A stretch of 64,000 nt of DNA from an uncultured delta proteobacterium (lineage in GTDB: Bacteria > Myxococcota_A > Polyangia > Polyangiales > Houyiibacteriaceae): NCBI GenBank assembly GCA_963699755.1, contig CAVOVB010000008.1, forward strand, positions 32,001-96,000, given 5' to 3'. The notes beneath the pieces were generated by a model. It was not told the DNA's origin. It searched no databases and saw nothing but the letters and a program-made list of their open reading frames with translations. Positions within the stretch are counted from its first letter, which is position 1. Each line of letters starts with the position of its first letter. The position numbers were made by a program, and so were the translations under genes. This document shows positions 1 through 8,623 of the stretch, in pieces.

Positions 1-289
1 GGCGTTCGGCCTTGCTGCGCTGCGCGTAGCCGTAGCCAGGCAGGTCGACCAGGTCGAGATGAGCCTCCTGTTCGTTCGAGCGGAGGCGGACGCGAAAGAT
101 GTTGATCGCTCGCGTGCACCCGGGCGCGCTGCTCGTCCGCACGAGCTTCTTTCGTTGGAGGAGGCTGTTGATCAGGCTCGACTTGCCCACGTTCGAGCGG
201 CCCGCAAACGCCACCTCGGCAAAGGTCGGCGCAGGCAGCTGTCCGAGCACCGTGGCGCCGGCCACAAACGCGGCGTCGAGCACATCCAT
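1..289 (-). CDS. engB: Ribosome biogenesis GTP-binding protein YihA/YsxC (3' end runs off the window)
   Basis: Own translation from ATG at 289: [12 protein letters not shown]...[17 protein letters not shown]...[14 protein letters not shown]...[10 protein letters not shown] (G1 and G3 motifs). Not in the ORF track because it is truncated. Confidence 0.93.
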   Translation of the reverse strand, partial: MDVLDAAFVAGATVLGQLPAPTFAEVAFAGRSNVGKSSLINSLLQRKKLVRTSSAPGCTRAINIFRVRLRSNEQEAHLDLVDLPGYGYAQRSKAER

Positions 290-316
290 GGAGGGCGTTG
301 TAGCGCCCCTTGGGAG

Positions 317-1909
317 TCACGCACGCGCGCGTCGGCGGATCGCCGCCTGTAGATCGCGAAGCTCCGGCGATCCGAGTGCGGCAGCCACGCCGAGGTAGCT
401 CAGAAGCCCAGCGACCGCGGTTGCGCCGAATATCGCCAGGTTGAGCGGGTCATTGCCACCCAACTCCCAATGGCCGTGGCCTGCGCACGCCCAAAGGACC
501 AGGCCCATGACGGTACTGGCGACCAGGATGCGAAGGACGCTGGCGCTCACCTCTCGCAGCCCGAGGTGCCCGGACCGTCGCCGCAATAGCCAGAGGAGCG
601 CGAAGAGCTGGGTCACCGCCGCAGCAGTCGTGGCAGCGGCGAGACCCGCGTGTTGCATGGGTCCCATCAAGAGGAGGCTGAGGCTCACGAAGGCTACCAA
701 GTTGAGAGCGCTTGCAATTACAGGAGTTCGAGTGTCGTTGTGCGCGTGAAACATCGGAACGATGGTACGGACCGAGGCGACCGCCCAAATTCCCGCTGCC
801 TGCCAGACCAGAGAGCGCCTGGTCTGTTCGACCGCCGCTGCGTCATATCGGCCGCGGCCGAAGAACACCGCGGCAGCCGGTTCCGCCAGGACGACCAACG
901 CCACAGCAGCGGGAATTGCGACGAACAAGCAAAGACGAAGTGCATGGCGAAAGAGCCGCTTGGCCTCCTCTTCATCGCCGTGGGCCACGGCATGACTCAA
1001 GGACGGCAGCGCGGCTGAGGCGATCGCCAGCGCGAACATGCCTTGTGGGATCTCCGTCAATCGTTGCCCGTAGTAGAGGTAGCTCACGCTCCCGGTCGGT
1101 AGAAAAGACGCGAAGAGCCGCGAGAGCAGCACATTGACCTGGTAGACACCGAGGCCCGCGAGTAGTGGGACCATCAAGCGTCCGCACTTGCGGACGTAGA
1201 TGTCGTCGAAGCCGATCTTCGGGCGGACCAGCAGACCCTCTTTGCGAAGGGCCGGGAGTTGCGCGATGACCTGGAGCCCGCCTCCGGCCAAGGCGCCAAG
1301 TGCCAGCGCGAAGATCGCCGGCCAACCAAACTGGCGGAACACTGGTGCCAGCAGTAGCGCTGCGGCAATGAGTGAGATGTTGAGGAGCGCAGGAGCAAAG
1401 GACGATGCCGCGAATCGCTTGCTCGCGTAAAGCGCGCCCATCATCAGTGCCGAGATTCCCATCAGGAAGATGTAGGGGAAGAGCATCCGGGTGAGCGCGA
1501 CCGTGGTTGCGAAGAGCGCCGCGTCACGCTGAAAGCCCCAGGCGTAGGCTTTGACAATCCACGGAGCCCCGAGGACGCCGATCGCGGAGACCACCAACAG
1601 GACGACAGACATGGCGCCGATCAACTTCGCGAAGAACGCTTTGGCGCGGTTCATGCTCTCGCGTTCACGCACCTCGGTAAACACCGGGACGAACGCTGCT
1701 GAGACTGCACCTTCGCCGAGCAGCACGCGAAGGGCATTGGGAATGGTAAACGCGAGCCAGAATGCGTCGGTGGCCGCTAGGGCAAAGACCGCGGCCACGA
1801 CCGCGTCGCGAACCGCCCCCAAGATCCTGGAGGAAAAGGTGCCTGCTGCAACGACTCCCGCCCGGCGAACGATTTCGCCTCCGGACGTTCTAGCTGGCTT
1901 CACGGACAT
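317..1909 (-). CDS. murJ: Lipid II flippase MurJ/MviN
   Basis: SRILGAVRD...AFTIPNALRVLLGEGAVSAAFVPVF, many TM helices. Start taken at ATG 1909 (ORF track 1927). Confidence 0.95.
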   Translation of the reverse strand: MSVKPARTSGGEIVRRAGVVAAGTFSSRILGAVRDAVVAAVFALAATDAFWLAFTIPNALRVLLGEGAVSAAFVPVFTEVRERESMNRAKAFFAKLIGAMSVVLLVVSAIGVLGAPWIVKAYAWGFQRDAALFATTVALTRMLFPYIFLMGISALMMGALYASKRFAASSFAPALLNISLIAAALLLAPVFRQFGWPAIFALALGALAGGGLQVIAQLPALRKEGLLVRPKIGFDDIYVRKCGRLMVPLLAGLGVYQVNVLLSRLFASFLPTGSVSYLYYGQRLTEIPQGMFALAIASAALPSLSHAVAHGDEEEAKRLFRHALRLCLFVAIPAAVALVVLAEPAAAVFFGRGRYDAAAVEQTRRSLVWQAAGIWAVASVRTIVPMFHAHNDTRTPVIASALNLVAFVSLSLLLMGPMQHAGLAAATTAAAVTQLFALLWLLRRRSGHLGLREVSASVLRILVASTVMGLVLWACAGHGHWELGGNDPLNLAIFGATAVAGLLSYLGVAAALGSPELRDLQAAIRRRARA

Positions 1910-1960
1910 CGGCGAAAGGATGCGCACGAGGCGTTGATCCCGGCAAGAAAGCCGGACCGA

Positions 1961-2821
1961 TCAGCTCGCGCTCAGCAGGCCTTGAAGTTGGGCGATCTCG
2001 ATGGTGTACGACTTGCCGCAGTAATCGCAACCGATGCTCAGCGGCTCGCCTTCCGCGACGAGCTCCTGAATGTCGGTGCGATTCAAGACACTGAGGGTCG
2101 TCATCACCCGGACTTGGCTGCAGTGACAGCCAAAGCGAATGTCGCTGCTTTGCAACCAGGTGAACGGCATGCCCTCGAAAATTTGCTCGACCAAGTGAGA
2201 GGGCGAGGCGTCGGAGCTTTGCAGGCGGTCTCGGATCTCGACGAAGTCTTCGAGGCGCTTGGTCATGGTCATCAGCGCGGTCTCGGCCTCTGAGGCTTCG
2301 GGCAGGAGCTGCACGACGTAGCCGCCCGCCGTCGGGCTCGGCCCCCCGACTCGCGAACCCAACGAAATCATCGATACTATTTGCTCCGATAGCTGCATGT
2401 AACGCATGAAGGCTTCGGAGAGATTCCCGCTTTCGGGCACCTCGACGACGCCGCGATGAAGGTCGGAGTTCGGGAGCGTCCTCATCATTTGCAGCGTTGC
2501 CCGAGTCTTTCGGACGTCTGGGGGGGCCTCGCCGGACCCCTTTTGCAGAAGGCCGCGGGTCCAGCCGTCGGGATGTGAGTCGGCGACCAGCTGTCCCGCC
2601 CCCTGGTCGAAGCGCACGATGCACTGCACGCGGAGCGAGGGAGCCATGGTCTCGCGGTACAGCACCGCGGTGGTCAGCAAATCCGCCATATCGTGAGCGA
2701 TTCGCCCGGATAGCGCCTGGGCTTCAATCACGGCCTGAGCGATCCCGGTCGTGCGGGCGGCGACGATCCGAAAGGCTCCATCGTTGGTCATCGCTCGCAC
2801 TACCGAGTCAGAGTCGGACAT
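1961..2821 (-). CDS. hslO: Hsp33 redox-regulated chaperone
   Basis: YMQLSEQI, AGGYVVQLLP, C-terminal CHCS...CDYC zinc motif. ATG 2821 with GAGG SD. Confidence 0.92.
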   Translation of the reverse strand: MSDSDSVVRAMTNDGAFRIVAARTTGIAQAVIEAQALSGRIAHDMADLLTTAVLYRETMAPSLRVQCIVRFDQGAGQLVADSHPDGWTRGLLQKGSGEAPPDVRKTRATLQMMRTLPNSDLHRGVVEVPESGNLSEAFMRYMQLSEQIVSMISLGSRVGGPSPTAGGYVVQLLPEASEAETALMTMTKRLEDFVEIRDRLQSSDASPSHLVEQIFEGMPFTWLQSSDIRFGCHCSQVRVMTTLSVLNRTDIQELVAEGEPLSIGCDYCGKSYTIEIAQLQGLLSAS

Positions 2822-2884
2822 GTTTCCTCTTGAAGCGCATTGGCGATCCTTTGGCAAGCGCTAACCTTGGGCCGGGAGCAGCAG

Positions 2885-3916
2885 ATGACAAAGCATCGAA
2901 TCGTACTCATCCCGGGCGACGGAATAGGCCCGGAAGTAGCCGCGGCGACGACCCGTGTGCTCCGGGCAGCCGGGGCGCCGCTCGAATGGGTCGAGCACCA
3001 TGCAGGTGTTGCCGCGCTCGAAACGAGCGGCGAGGTCTTGCCCGTGGAGACGCTCGATGCGGTTCGCGAGCACGGGCTGGCCCTCAAGGGGCCGTGCACG
3101 ACTCCGGTGGGCAAGGGCTTCACCTCAGTCAACGTGCAACTCCGAAAGCGGCTCGACCTGTACGCCGCCGTGCGTCCGGTTCGAAGTCTACCGGGCATCC
3201 AGACGCGGTATGAAGACGTCGACCTCGTCGTGATTCGCGAGAACACCGAGGGGCTCTATAGTGGTATCGAGAACGAGGTGACCAAAGGTGTCGTCACGAG
3301 CCTCAAGGTGGCGACCGAGGCGGCGTCGCGGCGCATCGCGCACTGGGCTTTTCGCTACGCGCGCGATCGTGGCCGCCAGAAGGTGACCGTGATGCACAAG
3401 GCCAACATCATGAAGATGACCGATGGGATGTTCATTCGCTGCGCCCGCGAGATCCGAGAAGAAGAGGGTTTCACCGACATCGAATACCAAGAAGTCATCA
3501 TCGATGCGGGCTGCATGAAGCTGGTCCAGGATCCAACTCAGTTCGACGTGCTCTTGCTGGAGAACCTCTATGGCGACGTGCTGAGCGACCTTTGCGCTGG
3601 CTTCGTTGGTGGCCTCGGCGTGATTCCTGGCGCGAACATCGGAGATGAATTCGCGGTTTTCGAGGCGGTGCACGGCTCGGCGCCGGACATCGCGGGTAAG
3701 GGTGTTGCCAATCCACTGGCCCTGCTCATGTCGGCCGTCATGATGCTCAATCACATCGCGGACACCCGCGATGACGAGAGCTGCCGGGAGTCCGCCGTTC
3801 GAATTCGAGAAGCCTACAACCAGGCCTTGTCCGATGGGCGGAAGACGGGGGACCTCGGCGGAACACTCGACACCGAAGGATTTGCCTCAGCGGTCATCGA
3901 ACGAATGGCGGGCTAG
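2885..3916 (+). CDS. Isocitrate/isopropylmalate dehydrogenase family protein, probably NAD-dependent IDH
   Basis: IPGDGIGPEV, SVNVQLRK, RENTEGLY, HKANIMK, NLYGDVLSD, EAVHGSAPDIAGK. Confidence 0.88.
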   Translation: MTKHRIVLIPGDGIGPEVAAATTRVLRAAGAPLEWVEHHAGVAALETSGEVLPVETLDAVREHGLALKGPCTTPVGKGFTSVNVQLRKRLDLYAAVRPVRSLPGIQTRYEDVDLVVIRENTEGLYSGIENEVTKGVVTSLKVATEAASRRIAHWAFRYARDRGRQKVTVMHKANIMKMTDGMFIRCAREIREEEGFTDIEYQEVIIDAGCMKLVQDPTQFDVLLLENLYGDVLSDLCAGFVGGLGVIPGANIGDEFAVFEAVHGSAPDIAGKGVANPLALLMSAVMMLNHIADTRDDESCRESAVRIREAYNQALSDGRKTGDLGGTLDTEGFASAVIERMAG

Positions 3917-6507
3917 CCGTCGAGCTCGCGAACGCCGCCGCTTCCACCCGCGACGCGGAGGAGCGGCGGGAGGACGAGCAGGGTGGCCACCAGGCATCCG
4001 CCGATCGTGATTGCGATCAGCTCGCCGAAGTTTCGGACCGGAACGAACGAGCTCAGGAGCAGCACCGAAAACCCGGCCATCAGGGTCACGCATGAGATGA
4101 CGATGGCTCGGCCAGTCCCACGAGCGGCCCTGACCAAGGCGGCTTCGCGTCCGATGCCATGGTGCATCTCCTCGCGGAATCGGGCGAGGACGTGAATGGT
4201 ACCGTTGACCGCGAGGCCGAGGCTGATCGAGAAGATGATGACCGTGGAAACGTTGAGCGGGATTTCGCGCCAGACCATGTAGGCCATCGTCGCCACCAAA
4301 GGGATCAGGTTCGGCGGGATGCTCAACAGGCCGAGCCGGACGCTTCGGAAGAAGAACGCCAGCAAGAGGAAGATGATGACGACCGCGACAAGAAGGCTTC
4401 CGAGTAGGTCGTTGACGACCGCGGCTTGCCCGCGCGAACCCGTGTAGGCCTCTCCGGTGTACGAGACCGACACCGTGCTCTCGCCTTCGAGAGTGGCGTC
4501 GATCTCGTCCTCGAGGTCATCGAGGAAGCGCATCGTCGCTTGCGCGCCGACGTCTCGTAGCTTGAATTGGATGCGCGCCTTTTTTCCGTCTTCGGTGAGC
4601 CATTCGCTCAACGGGCTGGGCTTGCGCTGGCTCATCATCGTGACGAGACCCTTGACCTGCTTCTTGCTCTTGAAATTCTCTGAGCGGACCGTCGGATCGT
4701 CGGCCAGGAGCGCATAGGATTCCCGCAGCATGTCGCCGTAGCTCAGACTTCGGATGACTTCCGGGCGGAGCGCCGCCCAGTTCCGGATGCTCTGGATCTT
4801 CTCCACCATCGCTGGGTCCGTGAAGTGGTCTTCATCGGTGCTGACGAGTACGACCTCGAGCGGCCGGACTCCCGCGAGCTTCTCTTCGATCAGCAGCGTG
4901 GTTGTATAGACCGGGTCGGTTTCGTCGAACTGGTCGAGCAGCGCATGATCAACGGTAATCTGACTGGCGACGTAGCCAGCGCCCAGGGTGAACAAAGCGG
5001 TGATCCCGAGCACTGCCCAGCGCCAACGCAGCAACCTGGCAACGAGGCCACTGGTCACGTTGGTAAACATGCTGGTGCGTTCTCGACGAACGTCTGCACG
5101 CTTGGGGGGCGTGGCCCAGCTGAGGACCGCAGGCACGAACGTGATGATGATGACGTACGAAACCATTACGCCGAGGCCGGCGGTGAGACCGAAGTGTCGG
5201 AGCATCACGGTTTTCGAGACGACGAGCGAGCCAAGGCCTACCGCGGTCGTCGCGGAGGTGAGCAGGCAGGCCACGGCGATCGCACGCACCGTACGGCGTC
5301 CGGCCGCCTGTCGGTCCGGCTCTTCATCGTCCTCGGCATGCACTTCGTCCCGATAGCGTTGAATTAGGTGGGTCGCATCGCTGATGCCGATGATGATCAG
5401 CAGGGGCACGATCACGTTGTTGAGGATGTTCATGGGCTCGCCAAAGAGCCCCATTCCCCCAACGGTCACCAGCGCCGTGATGGCCACCGCGGCGAGTGGA
5501 AGCAAAACGCCCGGCGCCCAGCGAAACGATAAGGTCAGCAGAATTAGGCAAACCAAGACGGTCAGTGGAATCAGGCGCAAGTTGTCCGCGCGCATCTTGC
5601 TCACGATGACGCTGCGGAGGTAGGGCAGGCCGCCGACATGAACCTCGATGTCTTGGAATTCGGGGCGTTCGAGCGAGTCGCGGAGGTCGTCCATCGCCTC
5701 GCGCATCTCTTTGGGGCCGAGCTCCGGCAGTTGAAGGGCAATGCCTGCTACCGTATGGTCCTCGTCGATCAGCCGGCCGACCAGAAGCGGGTTGCTCGTG
5801 ATCGCTTCGGCGAGCTCGGATGCTTCGGCCTCGGTCACCTCGGTCCCTTTGACGATCGGATCGGTCCGAAGCTCCACCAACAAAGCGGGACCCAGCTTGC
5901 GAATGCCGTCTGGAAAGCGATCGGGGTCGCTTTCGATGATGTCGAGAAGCGCGTTGAAGACTGGATCTTCGGGTTTGCTCTCGGCATCGGGTCTGTCTTC
6001 GGGCTCATCGAGGGAATCGAGGTCGTCGAGGTCGTCGAGGTCGTCGAGATCGCCTTCCTCGTCCGGCCCTCCGACCTCTTGCAAGCCGTCAAGGTCGTCG
6101 AGGCCGTCGAGATCGCCCCCGTCTTCGTCCACGACGCCTTTGACTCGCCGTGGGATGCTGAGCGTCGTGATGCTGGCGACCTTCTCGACCCAGGGCTTCT
6201 CGGCAAAGTAGAGCGAAATGTCTTGGACCCGCTGAAGCGTATCCCGGGAAAGAACGTCGTCCGCCTCGACTAGGAGCAGAACCGCTTCACGTCGTTTCCC
6301 GAACCACTGCTCGAAGTGCTGCTGGATGAGCGCGTACTCTTCCCCCTCGAAAGAGGAGAGGAGGCTTTCCGGCGCCGGATCGGCCGTCAATTTCGGAATC
6401 TGGGTCGCGAAGGCGAGCGTCACGAGGACCGAGACCCAAACGACGAGCTTTCGGCGCTCCGTGACGAGCCTGGCCAGCCAATCCAAGATTTGTTGGCGTC
6501 GGGACAC
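3913..6507 (-). CDS. MMPL/RND-family exporter with acidic insertion
   Basis: Two repeats of TM + large loop + 5 TM; GISDATH and GLAVNGTIH helices; GRAIVISCVTLMAGFSVLLLSSF. Confidence 0.85.
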   Translation of the reverse strand: MSRRQQILDWLARLVTERRKLVVWVSVLVTLAFATQIPKLTADPAPESLLSSFEGEEYALIQQHFEQWFGKRREAVLLLVEADDVLSRDTLQRVQDISLYFAEKPWVEKVASITTLSIPRRVKGVVDEDGGDLDGLDDLDGLQEVGGPDEEGDLDDLDDLDDLDSLDEPEDRPDAESKPEDPVFNALLDIIESDPDRFPDGIRKLGPALLVELRTDPIVKGTEVTEAEASELAEAITSNPLLVGRLIDEDHTVAGIALQLPELGPKEMREAMDDLRDSLERPEFQDIEVHVGGLPYLRSVIVSKMRADNLRLIPLTVLVCLILLTLSFRWAPGVLLPLAAVAITALVTVGGMGLFGEPMNILNNVIVPLLIIIGISDATHLIQRYRDEVHAEDDEEPDRQAAGRRTVRAIAVACLLTSATTAVGLGSLVVSKTVMLRHFGLTAGLGVMVSYVIIITFVPAVLSWATPPKRADVRRERTSMFTNVTSGLVARLLRWRWAVLGITALFTLGAGYVASQITVDHALLDQFDETDPVYTTTLLIEEKLAGVRPLEVVLVSTDEDHFTDPAMVEKIQSIRNWAALRPEVIRSLSYGDMLRESYALLADDPTVRSENFKSKKQVKGLVTMMSQRKPSPLSEWLTEDGKKARIQFKLRDVGAQATMRFLDDLEDEIDATLEGESTVSVSYTGEAYTGSRGQAAVVNDLLGSLLVAVVIIFLLLAFFFRSVRLGLLSIPPNLIPLVATMAYMVWREIPLNVSTVIIFSISLGLAVNGTIHVLARFREEMHHGIGREAALVRAARGTGRAIVISCVTLMAGFSVLLLSSFVPVRNFGELIAITIGGCLVATLLVLPPLLRVAGGSGGVRELDG
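6017..6052. repeat. 9-bp coding tandem repeat (TCGAGGTCG x3 plus one variant) encoding DLD repeats
   Basis: Directly visible; related degenerate units at about 6088-6116. Confidence 0.85.
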
Positions 6508-6557
6508 GGGCCTGTATGCCTCTTCGATGCCGGACTCGCAAGGTTCCTGCGACCGGC

Positions 6558-6586
6558 TTGACAGGCCCCTCGTGCAGGGCTAACAC
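6558..6586 (+). promoter_or_regulatory. Sigma70-type promoter of rpsT
   Basis: TTGACA-N17-TAACAC, then GGAGG SD before the GTG start. Confidence 0.7.
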
Positions 6587-6613
6587 CCGCGTCCCTACGG
6601 GGAGGAATCTAGA

Positions 6614-6880
6614 GTGGCCAACCACGCCTCAGCAAAAAAGCGAGCCCGCCAGACGATCAAGCGAACCGCGCGCAACCGTCACATCCGCACCAACGTGCGT
6701 ACACTGGTGAAGCGTGTTCGGACCGCCATCGAGACAGGCGATGCTGCGACAGCGAAGAAAGCGCTCAGCGAGGCCGTGAGCCGCATCGACGGCGCGGTTT
6801 CCAAGGGCATCTACCATCGCAGGACCGGGTCCCGGTACATCGCCAGGCTGACCCAGCAGGTCAACGCGCTCCAAAGCTGA
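6614..6880 (+). CDS. rpsT: 30S ribosomal protein S20
   Basis: MANHASAKKRARQ...AVSKGIYH, 88 aa, next to holA. Confidence 0.97.
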   Translation: MANHASAKKRARQTIKRTARNRHIRTNVRTLVKRVRTAIETGDAATAKKALSEAVSRIDGAVSKGIYHRRTGSRYIARLTQQVNALQS

Positions 6881-6913
6881 GCTTTGCCGCCGCGTCGCTT
6901 TGGTTCGATCGAA

Positions 6914-7915
6914 TCAAGACGCGTCTGCGCAGAGCCCAAGCACGGCTTCTTGCAGGATCACGTCCGGCGGGCGCCTGCTGCTCTTGAGCGCGCGGTCGGT
7001 TTCCGCGAGGAGCGTGAAGGCTTTCCCGAGGCTCTCGGCGGTGAATCGCCGAGCGGACTCCGTCAGGTCGCCAGCTTTGAAGGGGGGGGCGCCGGCGCGC
7101 TTTGCTGCCTCTTGAGGACGTAGGCCCTCCGAAAGCGCTTCCCGCATCCGGGCGACGATTCGGAGCTGTCGAGCCACCATGGCGAGAAGCCGAAGAGGCG
7201 GCTCGCGGTTATCGAGCAGCGACTGCGCGGCGGCGATCCCTTTGCGGCGGTCCTTGAGCCCGATCGCATCGACCAGGCTCCAAATCGATTCCACCCGAAT
7301 GCGTGTGACACAGGTCATCACGGCATCGACATCGATGCGCTGGCCCGCACCGACGAAGAGCGAAAGCCTTTCCAACGCGTCGTCGATTGCAGCGAGGTCG
7401 TCGCCCACCGCATCGAGCACGGCTTCGATGGCTTGGGGCGCGATGCTGTGTTCGCGAGAGGTGGCCTCTGCCCGGACGAAGTCCCGAAGCACGGCCCCCC
7501 GTAGCGGCTTCACCTCGATGAGATAACCCTTCTTTTTTGCTGTCTTGGCGAACGGGGAGCGTCCATCGAGCTTGTCTGCTGTCAGGACGGCGCAGCAGGA
7601 GTCACTCGGGTCCTCCAGGTAGGGGACGAGATTCTTCAGCTCGCTTGGTGTCATCTCATCAGCGTGGCGCAGTAAGACGAGGCGCTTGTCCGCCATCATG
7701 GGAAGCGTTCGAGCGGCCGATATCACGCGCGCAGCATCGAGCCCCTTGCCGTCGAATAGCTCGATGTTGAAACCTGGTGCGCCCATTGAATCGACCGATT
7801 TGCGCACGGCATCGACCGCGCGCTCGATCAGCAAACGTTCGGTCCCGACCAGGACGTACACGAGGTCGAGCGAGCCTTTTTGGGCCCTCTTGATGACGTC
7901 TTTGAGGCTTGGCAC
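6914..7915 (-). CDS. holA: DNA polymerase III subunit delta
   Basis: VYVLVGTE, ARTLPMMADKRLVLL, C-terminal ETDRALKSS; convergent with rpsT. Confidence 0.9.
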   Translation of the reverse strand: MPSLKDVIKRAQKGSLDLVYVLVGTERLLIERAVDAVRKSVDSMGAPGFNIELFDGKGLDAARVISAARTLPMMADKRLVLLRHADEMTPSELKNLVPYLEDPSDSCCAVLTADKLDGRSPFAKTAKKKGYLIEVKPLRGAVLRDFVRAEATSREHSIAPQAIEAVLDAVGDDLAAIDDALERLSLFVGAGQRIDVDAVMTCVTRIRVESIWSLVDAIGLKDRRKGIAAAQSLLDNREPPLRLLAMVARQLRIVARMREALSEGLRPQEAAKRAGAPPFKAGDLTESARRFTAESLGKAFTLLAETDRALKSSRRPPDVILQEAVLGLCADAS

Positions 7916-7918
7916 TGT

Positions 7919-8455
7919 TCAGCGGGCTTCGTCATCCGAGAAGGTGACTTCGCCGCTGTGTTGTACCCTGTCCCCGAGAATTTGAAAGCGGTAACGGCCG
8001 ACCTCCTGTCGACGCACCGTCACCACCATCTCAAGCCTTCGGTTGGGCTCGAACTGCGGGCGCTTGAGCCTCAGCTTGTGCACGATCGTCCGCTGATTGC
8101 TGTCATTGACGAAGACCGTCATGGCGGGAGCGATGAACTTCCGCTCCGCCGTTTGGATATCGTAGAACAGCACTTCGAACTCCGAGTCCCCGAGGGGAGC
8201 GTTGAAGTTCGCAACCAGAGTGGCGTTCCACTGGCGTTCCTCGACCGGGACGTCGACATTTTCTCGTAGATGGGTCGCCTTGTTCGACTGAGCAAAGCGA
8301 ATGACGCCAGACTCTGAAAGGGTGCGAGGCACACCTTTTTGCGTGAGGAAAATCCTCGCGCGAAGGCCCTGTGCGGCGTCGGCTCCCTGCCACGGACTCA
8401 CCGAGGAAACGATGCCTGCCAATGCAGTGGTGACGAGTGCGAGGCGTGGATTCAC
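7919..8455 (-). CDS. Hypothetical secreted beta-rich protein
   Basis: GTG 8455 with AGGAG SD; signal peptide-like N-terminus ending ADA-A; 3 bp from holA. Confidence 0.7.
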   Translation of the reverse strand: MNPRLALVTTALAGIVSSVSPWQGADAAQGLRARIFLTQKGVPRTLSESGVIRFAQSNKATHLRENVDVPVEERQWNATLVANFNAPLGDSEFEVLFYDIQTAERKFIAPAMTVFVNDSNQRTIVHKLRLKRPQFEPNRRLEMVVTVRRQEVGRYRFQILGDRVQHSGEVTFSDDEAR

Positions 8456-8623
8456 AGCTTGCTCCTGGCTTGGGTCCTCGATCAGGCTAACAAGTGAAAC
8501 TTTACAGTGACAGGGTGATAGGGTGCTCAAATGTAGGTTTTAGGCATTCATCTTTGATACAGCCCGCCGAAAAGTTGTGCCCCAAGGCGGTGACGGCTAA
8601 CTCCGACCCAGGAACGGAGCTCG

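Noticed and set aside
737..753. parS-like CGTGAAACA (also ACGTGGAACA near 57451)
   Set aside because: Half-sites only, inside coding sequence.
6008..6116. Repeats as CRISPR or mobile-element ends
   Set aside because: In-frame 9-bp coding repeats without spacers; no cas or transposase genes in the window.
8530..8560. Sigma54 promoter upstream of the Clp ATPase
   Set aside because: AGGCAT...TTTGA lacks the correctly spaced GC at -12.
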